Below, in pieces: positions 1 to 13,944 of a stretch of DNA of 64,000 bases. Origin of the DNA: the human T2T-CHM13v2.0 reference genome, Homo sapiens. Numbering within the stretch: position 1 is the stretch's first letter; every line of letters starts with the position of its first letter. The stretch is taken from assembly GCF_009914755.1 (NCBI RefSeq), contig NC_060928.1. One strand, given 5' to 3'. The notes under the pieces are model-generated. The model was not told where the DNA came from, made no database searches, and was given only the letters and a program-made list of their open reading frames with translations. The position numbers and the translations under genes were made by a program.

Positions 1-2164
1 AAATGAAAGAAGACTAAGAAGTGCAAGAAAAAATGAATTACTTTGTAATGTTTCTCTTTTGAGATTAAAGTATAAAGCACTAAAAAGATTTATGAGGAAA
101 AGTGGTATTACTCTTAATGCAACGGGAAATAAAAGACTGAGTAAAAGAAAGATGACAATGGGGAGAAAACAATAAACATCTATGGCTTTTATTTGTAATT
201 TCTGAAGGCATTCAAGTGCTTCAAAATTATTAAAATCTAACATTATACAGTAAGAAAAAATATACTTAATTTTCTCTTTTGTTAAGTAATATTTTTAGAT
301 TTATTAAAATTATTATTTTGAGACATAGTTTTGATATCATAATTTACTTGACTAATTTCCTTTGATAGAAAATGAGTTGTTGATAGTTTTTTACTAATAT
401 AACAATGCTGAAATGAATGAAAACTAACCTTTGAAAGCACGACTAATGCTCTAGAAAGCTAAAGTTAGAAATATATGAAGTTGTTGGTGTTTGATCATTT
501 GGATGTACAAAATGGAAGTTTCAGATTGTTCATCTGAACCTTACTAGTTCTTTGTTTTCACAGACAAGAAAATTCCTCTAGTTTAGAGAAGACAAATAGT
601 TTGTGAAATGTCAGTTAGTTAACCAGTATGAAAATACAGAATTTGAGCTCAGTTTGAGGAACTAAAAACTTGTTTTGATTTTCCTTACAAAGCCACATGT
701 GTTCAGTTCTTTAAGCCGGTCAGTACTTCATTAAGCTAGTTTTGATCACCAGCAGATATCTGCATTAAGTCCTGCTATGTAAAGTATTAGGCTAAAACAT
801 ATGAAGTTACGCTAACAGCTATAAACAAGGATTTTATAATTGTATAGCACAATATTGCCTGGGAATAGTGTCATAATTTAAATATTTTTTATTTACTTGA
901 TATTATATACATATATCACATATTAGAGTTCTTTAAAAGTCTTAATGCAAATGGATCATACAGCTACCTTACAATAGGTAACAGTTACATGTTCCAATTT
1001 TATCAAAATAGTCTCTCACTGTATATTCTATATTTAGACAGAAGCTGCTATATACTATGTTAAATTATAAAATGTTTTCTACATAACCTGGGAGAACTGC
1101 CCCCTAATCACCAATCTTTCTTTCTCTCCCTGTTCTCGTTTGGTTCAGCCATATGCTTAATCTACTTTGTGAAGAAAAATACAAGATAGTTTGTTGTGTA
1201 TTTATACTAATTATTTGGGTTCCTCAAGCAATCATACAGCACAGTATGTCCCTTATGTATTGATTAGTACCTCTTCCCAATTTTGCATCATTGTGTGTTT
1301 TTCTGATTATGTATAGCTGATTCACAGTCATTTGTTAAACATTGCCCATTCTCCCTTCAGTTAAAGGAATTCTAGTTTGGAAAACAAGCCAACAAACAAA
1401 ATCAGATGCATTGAATTAGAGTATACAGCGATAACTGAAATTCTGCATGTAATATCCCATTAACTGCTTGGATTCCTTCCACTTATTTGGTTTTAGGTTT
1501 ATAATCTGCTTATCCTGCTCATGTATTTAACATGGCACAAAGAGATTGTACGTTTCCACATCTATTTTTATACTTTGCCTTGGTTGCTCTGTGGAAGGTA
1601 TGCAAATCTAAAGTCAAAGGTACAAGAGCTTATCTAAGTGTGAGGTCAGATATGAGTGCTTTGGTTACTCATATCTGAGACCACAATCAGCTTGCATCTA
1701 ATTATCTCATGAATGATGACAGTGTATGTCCATAATTGCCTTCTTCCTAAGAGTGCTGCTGATTCACTGACTCATTAAATATGACCATTTACTCTATTTT
1801 GTATTGTGGAAGGGCAATCTGGCAACAGACCACTGATGCCGAAGGGCAAGAAGCTAATCCTAACCACTGTATATGAGTGACAGAGAAGTTTGTAGAACAC
1901 AAATAAAATTAATATCATTTAAATGAAGAGGACTTGAGAAAATTCATAGAATTTACTTTGAAATGAAGCAAATATGAACCAAAATGTCAGGGTATCATTT
2001 AAATATTTTATTAATTACAATTTATAACAAAATAGTATTCAGATAATTGCAATAAATATTTAAGAATCTTAAATATGTTACCCAGTAATTGACTATCTTC
2101 ATACAGGAAGTAAACTTTTAGCATTGACACCATGAAAACATTAACACAAATGCCTGTATCATAT

Positions 2165-2390
2165 AATAATAGTTAACATTTACCGAATACTTATCTTTTT
2201 CCGGAACTGGAATAAGTTCTTATATATATTAGCTTGCTAATCATCACAACAAACCTAAAAGGTAGCATTACTCTCGTTATTTCTGATAAGGGAACTAAAT
2301 CACAGAGCAGGGAAGTAACACCCAAAACACGATAAAGTTGCAAGTCAAGGCCGCAATTTGACTATGATCATTGCTCTCTACTGCTATCCT
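2165..2390 (-). mobile_element. MIR SINE, degraded
   Basis: taataatagttaacatttaccgaatacttat...aatcatcacaacaaacctaaaaggtag...gataagggaactaaatcacagag follows the reverse-complement MIR core. Confidence 0.7.
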
Positions 2391-3813
2391 AGACATTATA
2401 TCAATTATATTATTGTTTTAATTATTTTATCTACCATGTACCCACTTCTGAGCTCTCTGCCATGAGGTTTTGAAAATAAGTTGACACAAAATCTAGTTGT
2501 GAAAAGAAGGGTAACACATGATATGTTTGGGGAATAGTCATTACATGATGACATACTAATTGTAACTTTTAATAAAAGAATGTTTTGCATAGGATCAGTC
2601 AGGCCCCCTAGCGGAAGTACTGACACTTCAACTAGCCTTGAAGAAGATAGAACATTTGTATAATCAAAGACAGAAGGCAATTCAAGTAGGCAGAGTTCAC
2701 AATACATAAAACAGTATGAATAACAATAAGAATAGGATATATTAGAGGTGTATTGACTTTTTTCCCCTCAAACTCTGGACATGTTTATTACCTTTTTAAA
2801 GAAAATTCTCATGGTTTACATCTTACTCATAAATTCTTCCTAGATTCTGACTTACCAAACTTTTGAGATGTGCCTATAGATTATAAACCTCACCTAACTT
2901 ATACTCATAACTTGGTGCTTTTAGTTTTATGTCTGTACATGGGCATAGAAAACTTGGCACTCATAGTTTCTTTTAAAGAAAGAAAATTAATGTGATAAAT
3001 AAGCTGAATGAAAATATATATGGTCAGAAATCAGATGAAACTATAAATTAATGAGACTGGCTTTATTACAGGGCTTCACAATGACCTTGAAATTATATCT
3101 TAAAAAAAAGCTTCAGAAATATTGTGCGCATGAGATTTCTTTAACAATAAATTATCAGTTTCTTCACTATTTGAAGCAGCAAAATTCTAAAGCCTGTGAA
3201 GATAACATTATATAATAAAATCTAGAAAATCAAGGGGTTATACTTGAGTATAGTATCTCAATAATTTTTAAGAAGGTATCTATGCTGGAAGATCTGAATG
3301 AACTAAGGCAATTATACCGGCACTAAAACTGTAGCTCTGACCTTTGTGTCAACCAAAGAAAATTAAGAAAAACGATAGATTACAAAGCTCTTTCTAAAAT
3401 TAATGGCTAGTTTTCCAAAGTGAACTTTCTGAGTATCTGTATTTAAAAATTTATTACTGTGTAACTACATTTCATATATTTACCACCTTGAAGGGATATC
3501 ATGAGTAGAATTACTAGAGGTAAAAGATTAGTAAACACTTGCTGCCTGGTTGATATTGAACGTAGCTAGTACAATAGTGATGCAAATTAAACTTCATAAG
3601 CTCATAGGCCACCTGACCATTAGATGCCATACAAGATTTTTGGGTGTGGTGGTAATTTCAGTTTCTTCTTAGAAGTTAAATTCTCATAATATTGGAATCT
3701 TGAAAATAAACATATATTTTTAAATTTTTCTGTGTCAATCTTCAGCAAGATACACAGCTATTTAATATAAAGAACAACTTTCTCATTTTGGTAGATAGAC
3801 ACAAAAGTATATT

Positions 3814-4474
3814 CAGATGCTGGAGAGGATGTGGGGAAATAGGAACGCTTTTTCACTGTTGGTGGGAGTGTAAATTAGTTCAACCATTGCGGAAGACATT
3901 GTGCTAATTCCTCAAGGATCTAGAACCAGAAATACCATTTGACCCAGCAATCTCATTACTGGGTATATACCCAAAGAATTATAAATCATTCCACTATAAA
4001 GACACATGCACACATATGTTTATTGCAGTGCTGTTCACAATAGCAAAGACTTGGAACCAACCCAAATGCCCATCAATGGTAAACTGGATAAAGAAAATGT
4101 GGCACATATACACCATGGAATACTATGCAGCCATAAAAAATATGAGTTCATGTCCTTTGCAGAGACATGGATGAAGCTAGAAACCATCATTCTCAGCAAA
4201 CTAACACAAGAACAGAAAACCAAACACTGCATGTTCTCACTCATAAGTGGGAGTTGAACAATGAGAACACAGGGAGGGGAACATCCCACACTGGGGCCTG
4301 TTGGAGGGTGGCAGTCTAGGGGAGGGATAGCATTAGGAGAAATGCCTAATGTAGACGACAGGTTGATGGATGCAGCAAACCACCATGGCACATATATACC
4401 TATGTAACAAACCTGCATGTTCTACACGTGTATCCCAGAATTTAAAAAGTATAATTAAAAAAAAAAAGAAAAGA
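3814..4474 (+). mobile_element. 5'-truncated L1PA7-like LINE-1 (ORF2 C-terminus, 3'UTR, poly-A) with 13-bp TSD
   Basis: ORF 4006-4257 ends ...ETIILSKLTQEQKTKHCMFSLISGS (L1 ORF2 end); G-rich 3'UTR; A tail; perfect TSD aaaagtatattca at 3803-3815 and 4475-4487. Confidence 0.95.
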
Positions 4475-5153
4475 AAAAGTATATTCAACGTGTTTTATTA
4501 GCATTTCTAAGTGACCTATCACTTTTGAAGTATAATTCAGGCTGTAGTGTCATAAAAAAAATCTGTAGTTTGCTGTTTTCTTTTAACTTTACATAATGAG
4601 TTATTCTCTTGCAATTAAATACTATGGGGAAAATTATAGAAATGATTCAAATAATGATATATGATCTAAAAAGTAATAGGTTACTAGACAACTAAGAATA
4701 TGAATGCTGAAATAACCTAAAGAAAGCCTAAATTCAAAAATTTATGTTTACACAAAATGATCTAAAGTTCTTTTTTAATGAATGTCAAGCATTTAAGATA
4801 TATCAGAACATATGTGTATCTATGTATTTTAAATTTTAAACAAAATATACAAGACACACTCTTTAAGAAAAAGATTACTACTGAAGCAATCAAACAGTGT
4901 CACTTTGATAATTTTCTGACAGACACATGGGAATAGGCAAGACTATGAATTCTTGATTCAAGTTGAGTGGAGCTAGTTGAAAAGCAAAATAAAAGGAAAA
5001 ATGATGGTGACAAAATTAAATATAAATTAATATATTTTTTTACACATAGTGTGCACTTCATCCTAGCTTGTGTTTTACTTGTTTTATATTATTTTAAAGG
5101 ATTTTTGCTTAAGTCACGTAGAAAAAGATCTGTTCAGTTGAAATTACCTAGGC

Positions 5154-5279
5154 CCTTGTTACTCAAACTGTGTCACTTTGACTGGCTTACGAAAAATGGA
5201 AAGTCTCAGGCCCCATGCCAAACCTAATAAATCAGAATCGGTTCTTACTAACCTTCGCACTAAAGTTTGAGAGGCACTT
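5154..5279 (+). mobile_element. MER5A/MER5A1-like hAT-Charlie DNA transposon remnant
   Basis: tactcaaactgtg...tctcaggccccatgccaaacctaataaatcagaatc...ctaaagtttgagaggcact resembles MER5A termini and core. Confidence 0.6.
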
Positions 5280-7156
5280 TTTCAGGATATTTTATTCTAA
5301 CTAAAAACAGCCTGAGATATCAAGTTTCTGCAATTGTGCAAATCCTTATCTTGTTTTTCATTCTTAATGTAAAAGCACCTTGAAACCAGTGCTCACATTC
5401 ATATTCTCAACAATGTGTACTACTTTCATTAAAAGAATTACTTTTAAAATGAATAAATGCATGAATTACTAATACATATTTTCTCTTTGGTTAAAGTGGG
5501 GAAAAGTTTTACAAAAAGATAAAGAAATTGAAGTTAAATTGGCCAATGAATCTCAGAGGAATAGAAGAGCTGATGGGGACAGGGAGAAAGATCTCTTTCT
5601 TAGGAGTATAAGGACTCACAAGACTGATCCAATTCCATTAACTTTCATGTGCAAGTCCCTGAAGCTCTGTAATTTGATGAAGCATTGCTAGCAAGAAAAG
5701 CAGAAAAGTAACTTATATTTCTTTCCTTTTTTGATTTTAGCTAAGGAGTCAAAATGAACAAAGATAAACTTGAAGATAAAATTGAAGAACTTTTGGTTAG
5801 ATTAAGAAAAAAGAGGGAGAAAAGTCAAGATGGCTGAACAGGAACAGCTCTGGCCTGCAGCTCCCAGCAAGACTAACACAGAAGGCGAGTGATTTCTGCA
5901 TTTCCAACTGAGGTACCCGGCTCATCTCATTGGGACTGGTTAGACAGTGGGTGCAGCCCACGGAAGGCAAGCAGAAGCAGAGTGGGGGATCGCCTCACCC
6001 AGGAAGTGCAAGGGGTTTGGGAACTCCCTCCCCTAGCCAAGGGAAGCCGTGAGGGACCGTGCTGTGAGGGACAGTGCTATCCAGTCCAGATACTGCACTT
6101 TTCCCACTGTCTTTGGAACCCGCAGACCAGGAAATTCCCTTGGGTGGCTACAACACCGGGGCCCTGGGTTTCAAGCCCAAAACTGGGCGGCCATTTGGGC
6201 AGACACCGAGCTAACTGCAGGAGTTTTCTTTTGTACTCCAGTGGCTCCTGGAACACCAATGAGACAGAACAGTTCACTGCCCTGGAAACGGGGCTGAAGC
6301 CAGGGAGCCATGTGGTCTTGCTCAGTGTATCCCACCCCCAACGAAGCCCAGCAAGCTAAGATCCACTGGCTTGAAATTCTTGCTGGCAGTACAGCAGTCT
6401 GAGGTCAACCTGGGAAGCTCGAGCTTGGTGAGGTGAGGGGCTTCCACCATTACTGAGGCTTGAGTAGGCAGTTTTGCCCTCACAGTGTAAACAAAGCCCT
6501 GGGAAGTTTAGACTTGGCAGAGCCCACCACAGTGCCACAAAGCCACCGTAGCCAAATTGCCTCTCTAGATTCCTCCTCTCTGGGCAGGATAACTCTGAAA
6601 GAAAGGCAGCAGCCCCAGTCAGGGGCTTATAGTTAAAACTCCCATCTCTCTGGGACAGAGCACCTGGGGAAAGGGGTGGCTGTGGGCACAGGTTCAGCAG
6701 ACTTAAACTTTCCTTCCCGCCAACTCTAAAGAGAGCAGCAGATCTCCCAGCACAGCACTCGAGCTCTGCTAAGGGACAGACTGCCTCCTGAAGTGGGTCC
6801 CTGACGCCTGTGCCTCCTGACAAGGAGACACCTCCCAGCAGGGCTTGACAGACATCTCATACAGGAGAGCTCTGGCTGGCATCTGGTAGGTGCCCCTCTG
6901 GGATGAAACTTCCAGAGAAAGGAGGAGGCAGCAATCTTTGCTGTTCTGCAGCCTTCAGTGGTGATACCCAGGAAAACAGGGTCTGGAGTGGACCTCCAGC
7001 AAACTCCAGCAGACCTGCAGAAGAGGGCCCTGACTGTTAGAAGGAAAACTAACAAACAGAAAGCAATAGCATCAACATCAACAAAAAGACAACCAAGCAA
7101 AAACCCCATGTGAAGGTCGCCAACATCAAAGATCAAAGGTACATAAATCCACGAAG

Positions 7157-8181
7157 ATGATTAAAAACCAGTGCAAAAAGTCTAAAAATTCCAAAAACCA
7201 GAATGTCTCTTCTCCTCCAAAGGATCACAACTCCTCGCCAGCAAGAGAACAAAACCAGAGTGAGAATGCGTTTGACGAATTGACAGAAGTAGGCTTCAGA
7301 AGGTCAGTACTAACAAACACCTCTGAGCTAAAGGAGCATATTCTATACCAATGCAAGGAAGCTAAGAACCTTGATAAAAGGTTACAGGAACTGCTAACTA
7401 GAATAACCAGTTTAGAGAAGAATATAAATGAGCTGATAGAGCTGAAAAACACAGCACGAGAACTTTGTGAAGCATACGCAAGTATCAATAGCCGAATCAA
7501 TCAAGCGGAAGAAAGGATATCAGAGATTGAAGATCAACTTAATGAAATAAAGTATGAAGACAAGATTAGAGAAAAAATATGAAAAGGAATGAACAAAGCC
7601 TCCAAGAAATATGGGACTATGTGAAAAGACCAAACCGACATTTGATTGGTTTACCTGAAAGTGATGGGGAGAATGGAACCAAGTTGGAAAACACACTTCA
7701 GGATATTATCCAGGAGAACTTCCACAACATAGTGGAACAGGCCAACATTCAAACTCAGGAGATACAGAGAATACCACAAAGATACACCTTGAGAAGAGCA
7801 GCCATAAGACACATAATCATCAGATTTGCCAAAGTTGAAATGAAGGAAAAAACGTTAAGGGCATCCAGAGAGAAAGGTCAGGTTACCCACAAAGGGAAGC
7901 CCATCAGACTAGCAGTGGATCTTTCTGCAGAAACTCTACAAACCAGAAGAGAGTAGGGGCCAACATTCAGCATGCTTAAAGAAAATAATTTTCAACTCAA
8001 AGTTTCATATCCAGCCAAACTAAACTTCATAAGTTAATGATAAGTAAAATCCTTTACAGACAAGCAAATGCTGAGGGATTTTGTCACCACCAGGCCTGCC
8101 TTACAAGAGCTCCTGAAAGAAGCACTATATATGAGAAGGAAAAAGCAGTATCAGCCTCTGCAAAAACATACCAAAATGTAA
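7157..8181 (+). pseudogene. Disrupted L1 ORF1p (coiled-coil/RRM/CTD)
   Basis: MIKNQCKKSKNSKNQNVSSPPKDHNSSP... then MKRNEQSLQEIWDYVKRPN...; frameshift near 7578, stop at 7954-7956. Confidence 0.9.
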
Positions 8182-8244
8182 ATACCATTGACACTATGAA
8201 GAAACTGCATAAGCTAATGGGCAAAATAACCAGCTAGCATCATA

Positions 8245-11172
8245 ATGACAGGATCAGATTCACACATAACAATATTAACCTTAAATGTAAACAGGCTAAA
8301 TGCCCCAATTAAAATACACAGACTGGCAAATTAAATAGAGTCGAGACCCATCAATGTGCAGTATTCAGGAGATCCATTTCATGTGCAAAGACACACAAAG
8401 GCTCAAAATAAAGAGATGGAGGAATATTTACCAAGCAAATGGAAAGAAAAAAAAACAGCAGGGGTTGCAATCCTAGTTTCTGATAAAACAGATTTTAAAC
8501 CAACAAACATAAAAAAGACAAAGAATGGCATTACATAATGGTAAAGTGATCAAAGCAGCAAGCAAAGCTAACAATGCTAAATATATATGCACCCAATACT
8601 GGAGCACCCAGCTTCATAAAGAAAGTTCTTAAAGACCTACAAAGAGACTTAGACTCCTACACAATAATACTGGGAGACTTTAACACCCCACTGTCAATAT
8701 TAGACAGATCAACAAGACAGAAAATTAACAAGGATATTCAGGACTTGAACTCAGCTCTGGACTAAGTGGACCTAATAGACATCTCCAGAACTCTCCACCC
8801 CAAATCAACAGAACATACATTTTTCTCAGCACACATAGCACTTATTCTAAAACTGACCACATAATTGGAAGGAAAATACTCCTCAGCAGATGCAAAAGAA
8901 CTGAAATCATAACAAACAGTCTGTCAGAGGACAGTGCAATCAAATTAGAACTCAGGATTAAGAAACTCACCCAAATCCGCACAACTATATGGAAACTGAA
9001 CAACCTGCTCCTGAGGGACTACTGGGTAAATAATGAAATTAAGGCAGAAACATAAGTTGTTTGAAACCAATGAGAACAAAGACACAATATACCAGAATCA
9101 CTGGGACACAGCTAAAGCAGTGTTTAGGTGGAAATTTATAGAACTAAATCCCACAGGAGAAAGTGGGAAAGATCTAAAATCAAAATCCTAACATCACAAT
9201 TAAAACAACTGGAGAACCAAGAGCAAATTCAAAAGCTAGCAGAATATAAGAAATAACTAAGATCAGAAAAGAACTGAAGGAGATAGAGACACAAAAAACC
9301 CTTCTAAAAATCAATGAATCCAGGAGCTGATTTTTTGAAAAGATCAACAAAATCGATAGCTTGCTAGCCAGGCTAATAAAAAAGAAATGAGAGAAGAATG
9401 AAATAGACACAGTAAAAAATGATAAATGAGATATCACCACTGATCCCACAGAAATACAAACTACCATCGGAGAATACTATAAATACGTCTACACAAATAA
9501 ACTAGAAAATCTAGAAGAAATGGGTAAATTCCTGGACACATACACCCTCCCAATTCAAACAAAGAAGAAGTAGAATCCTTGAATAGACCAATAACAAGTT
9601 CTGAAATTGAGGCCGTAATTAATAGCCTACCAACCAATAAAAGCCTAGGACCAGATGGATTCACAGCCTAATTCTACCAGAGGTACAAAGAGGAGCTGGT
9701 ACCATTTCTCCTGTAAATATTCAAAACAACAGAAAAAGAGAGACTCCTCCCTAACTCATTTTATGAGGCCAGCATCATCCTGATACCAAAACCTGGCAGA
9801 GGAAAAATAAAAAAAGAAAATTTCAGGCCAATATCCCTGATGAACATTGATGCAAAAATCCTCAATAAAATACTGGCAAAACGAATCCAGCAGCATATTA
9901 AAAAGCTTATCCACCACGATCAAGTCAGCTTCATCCCTGGGATGCAAGGCTGCTTCAACATATGCAAATCAATAAACATAATCCATCACATAAACAGAAC
10001 CAATGACAAAAACCACATGGTTATCTCAATAGATGCAGAAAAGGCCTGCAATAAAACTTAACACCCCTTCATGATAAAAACTCTCAATAAACTATGTATT
10101 GATTGAATGTATCTCAAAATAATAAGAGCTATTTGTGACAAATCCACAGCCAATATCATACTAAATGGGCAAAACCTAGAAGCAATCCCTTTGAAAACTG
10201 GCACAAGACAAGGATGCCATCTCTCACCACTCCTATTCAACATAGTATTGGAAGTTCTGGCCAGGGCAATCAGGCAAGAGAAGGAAATAAAGCATATTCA
10301 AATAGGAATAAGGGAAGCCAATTTATCTGTTTGCAGATGACATAATTGAATATTTAGAAACCCCATTATCTCAGCCCAAAACTCCTTAAGCTGATAAACA
10401 ACTTCAGCAAAGTCTCAGGATACAAAATCAATATGAAAATATCACAAGTATTTCTATACACCAATAATAGACAAGCAGAGAGCCAAATCATGAGTAAAAT
10501 CCCATTCACAATTGCTACAAAGAGAATAAAAGGCCTAGGAATACAACTTACAAGGGATGTGAAGGAACTCTTCAAGGGGAACTACAAACCACTGCTCAAG
10601 GAAATAAGAGAGGACTCAAACAAATGGAAAAACATACCATGCTGATGGATAGGAAGAATCAATATTATGAAAATGGCCATACTGCCCTAAGTAATTTATA
10701 GATTCAATGTTATTCTCAAAGAGCTACCATTGACTTTCTTCACAGAATTAGAAAAAACCACTTTAAATTTTGTATGGAGCCAAAAAAGAGCCCGTATAGC
10801 CAAGACAATCCTAAGCAAAAAGAACAAAGCTGGAGGCATCACACTACCTGACCTCAAAGTATACTACAAGGCTACAGTAACCAAACAGCATGGTATGGGT
10901 ACCAAAACAGATATATAGACCAATGGAACAGAACAGAGGCCTCAGAAATAATACCACATATCTACAACCATTTGATCTTTGACAAACATGACAAAAACAA
11001 GCAATGAGGAAAGAATTTCCTACTTAAAAAAAGGTGTTGGGAAAACTGGCTAGCCATGTGCAGAAAACTGAAACTGGACCCCTTATACAAAAAATACACC
11101 TTATACAAAAAATAACTCAAGATCTGTTAAAGATTTAAACGTAAGACCTAAAACCATAAAAACCCTAGAAGA
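8245..11172 (+). pseudogene. Disrupted L1 ORF2p (APE endonuclease plus reverse transcriptase), C-terminus missing
   Basis: atgacaggatcagattcacac start; fragments LNIYAPNTGAP...GDFNTPLS (EN), [34 protein letters not shown] (RT); many stops and frameshifts. Confidence 0.9.
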
Positions 11173-12642
11173 TACTTTATTACAAAGCTACAGTAATCGA
11201 GATGTGTGATATTACATGAGGACAGACACATAGATCCATGGGACCAGATACAGAACCCATAAATAACTCCATAGAAGTATGAGCTGATTTTATAAAGGCT
11301 CAAAAACAATTTAATAATAGTGGTGAAATATTAGTCTTTTCAGCAAATGGTGCTAGAGCAATTAGATATTCATAACCAAAATAAAATAAAAGGAAAAAAA
11401 ATAAAAAAGAATCTGACCTAAATCTAATACCTTTTTTTTTTTGAGATGGAATATAAAACTATAAATACTTTCAGTGACAGCATAGGAGAAAATCCTCAGA
11501 ACCTAGGGCTGAGCAAAGAATTCTTAGACTTGACTCCTAATACACAATCTGTAAATGGAAAAAAAAATCACTAAGTAGGACTAAATTCAAATTTTAAAAT
11601 ATTGACTTTGTAAAATACCCTAAGATGATGAAAAGACAAGCTTCAGACTGAGGAAAAATATTTACAAACCCTGTATCTAATAAAGGACTGCCACATAGAA
11701 TATATAAAGAGCTCTCAACATTCAACTATAAAAAACCAGCCAATTAAAATATGAATAAAAGGCATGAAGATACATTTCACCTAAAAAGATAGAGATGACA
11801 AATAAACACATGAAACAATGCTAAACATCATTGGCATTAGTGAAATGAAAGTAGAAACTACTATGAGATCTCACTACACATCTAAAAACCAACTAAAACA
11901 TTGTGACATTGTGAAATACTCTTAAGGATGCAGAGAAAATAGATCACTTGGACATTGCTGATGGGGAATATAAAATGATACAGTCACTCTGGAGAATAGA
12001 AGTTTGTAAAATAAACAAAATATACACTTAAACTATATAACCCTGCAATTGCACCTCTGGCCATTTGCCTCAAAGAAATGAAAACATATGTCCAAACAAA
12101 AATTTGTACACATTTATCCATAGCAGCTTTATTTGTAATTGCTCAGGGTTGAAAATTACCAAAATGCCCCTCAATACATAAATGGCTAAAAACAAAGCAA
12201 AACAAAACAATCTGTAGTACATCCATGCCACGAATCTCCAGTGAAGTATTTTGAGTAAAAAAAAATCAATTTCAAAAGGTTACATAGTGAATGAATTCAT
12301 TTATATTACATTTTTTAAATGACAAAATACAGAGATGAATAACAGATTAGGATTGTTGGGAGTTAGGGATAGTGGAGGAGTGGGTGGAAAGGGATAACAG
12401 AAGGGAGATATTTGTGATAATAAAAGAATTCTGTCTCATGGTTGCAGTGGTCATTACATAAATCTGAACATGTGATATAATAACACGTACCGATACTTAC
12501 ACATTGTGCCAATGTCAAATTCCTGGTTTTGATATTTTACTAAAATTGTATCAGTTAAATCATTGAAAGGGTACATGGGTCCTCTCTGTGGTACCTTGGC
12601 AGCCTGCTGTGTATATAATTATCTCAAAACAAAGGTAAAAAA
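11173..12642 (+). mobile_element. Old L1M (L1MC/L1MD-like) ORF2 end and 3'UTR
   Basis: ttattacaaagctacagtaatc...gaaaagacaagcttcagactgagg...gtgccaatgtcaaattcctggttttgatatt...aattatctcaaaacaaagg; far more diverged than the adjacent L1PA. Confidence 0.8.
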
Positions 12643-12663
12643 TCGTTAATTATCTACAAATAA

Positions 12664-12993
<330 letters not shown>

Positions 12994-13071
12994 TAAAGTA
13001 AACTAAGCTCTAGACCCACACAGTAAGCCTTATATGTCAGGCAATATTTGTATCTATCTCGCTTTTATTAA

Positions 13072-13245
13072 AGCCTTTCTACACGAGTGTGGTCTACAGA
13101 CTCACACAGCATCAGTGTCAGCGTCGCCCAGAAGCTTGTTAGAAGTGCAGCACCTGCAATCCCATCTGACATCTACTGTGTAAGAATCTACGTTTTGACA
13201 AGATCCCCAAAGATTTGAATGCACATTAAAGTCTGAGTAACACTG
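13072..13245 (+). mobile_element. MER5A1-like hAT DNA transposon
   Basis: gtgtggtctacagac...cagcatcag...agcttgttagaagtgcag...aagatcccc...gcacattaaagtctgagtaacactg. Confidence 0.75.
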
Positions 13246-13944
13246 ATCTAAAAGGAGGATGTTGTATTATTTTAAAGCTTACTCAAAATCGCAGTGAGTT
13301 TTGAAACCCCTAGTCTAATCAACTCAGTCAGTTCACTATTGCTTTTTCAAGAACCCTGGATAACCCGGGAGACCAACCTGGGTAAATGTGAATGATTCAA
13401 ACTTTGCAACCTGTAATAAGGCATTGATGGAATTTATGATTTACCTAACTGTGCTTTCCTCTCCACAAGGAAAAAGCCTCCCTCGTCTTTATTGCTAATT
13501 TAAGTGCATTCTGCAGTTCTTTCTACTGAGTGTGGGGAGGGAGATGGTCCATGATATGTACGGGAACTAAAGGATCTTTTGAATAGGATTATGTTTAGCT
13601 CAGATTCATCCACAAAATCCAACATTTTCTTTTTATAATATACCTGTAAGACATAACAAAATGCCAAATGATTGTAATATTGCTATTGCAACCTGTCCCT
13701 TAAGAGGAATTCCTTAATAGAGTATATTTATTTTAAAAAATAAAACTATGACAAAATTTTAAGTCAATAGAATATTTTCACACTTTAAATCTGATGGTTC
13801 TATTGTAGTTTGAGTTATGGCTTACCTTGCAATTCTATATTTTAGTATTACATAAATGTAATTTTCTAATGAAATTATATATATGATTATGTTTTATAGT
13901 TATAGTAATTCCATTCCTAATTCCATGAAAAAAACTTTTCTAGT

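Larger units (their letters stand above)
5815..11172 (+). mobile_element. L1PA7/L1PA8-like LINE-1: intact 5'UTR, ORF1 and most of ORF2; 3' ~1.1 kb absent
   Basis: Starts caagatggctgaacaggaacagctc (L1 5' end with YY1-type motif), ~1.3-kb 5'UTR, ORF1 and ORF2 peptides in track, ends abruptly at accataaaaaccctagaaga. Confidence 0.95.

Noticed and set aside
2405-2707. 100-aa minus-strand ORF as a gene
   Set aside because: Non-ATG start, no recognisable domain, no promoter or splice support
5889-7136. Several 66-156 aa ORFs in the L1 5'UTR, including a possible ORF0
   Set aside because: Typical open frames of the GC-richer L1 5'UTR; none could be confidently equated with ORF0
3814-11172. Upstream L1PA7 3' fragment as the displaced missing end of the long L1
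   Set aside because: It has its own perfect 13-bp TSD and about 480 bp of L1 between the two pieces is unaccounted for, so it is an independent insertion
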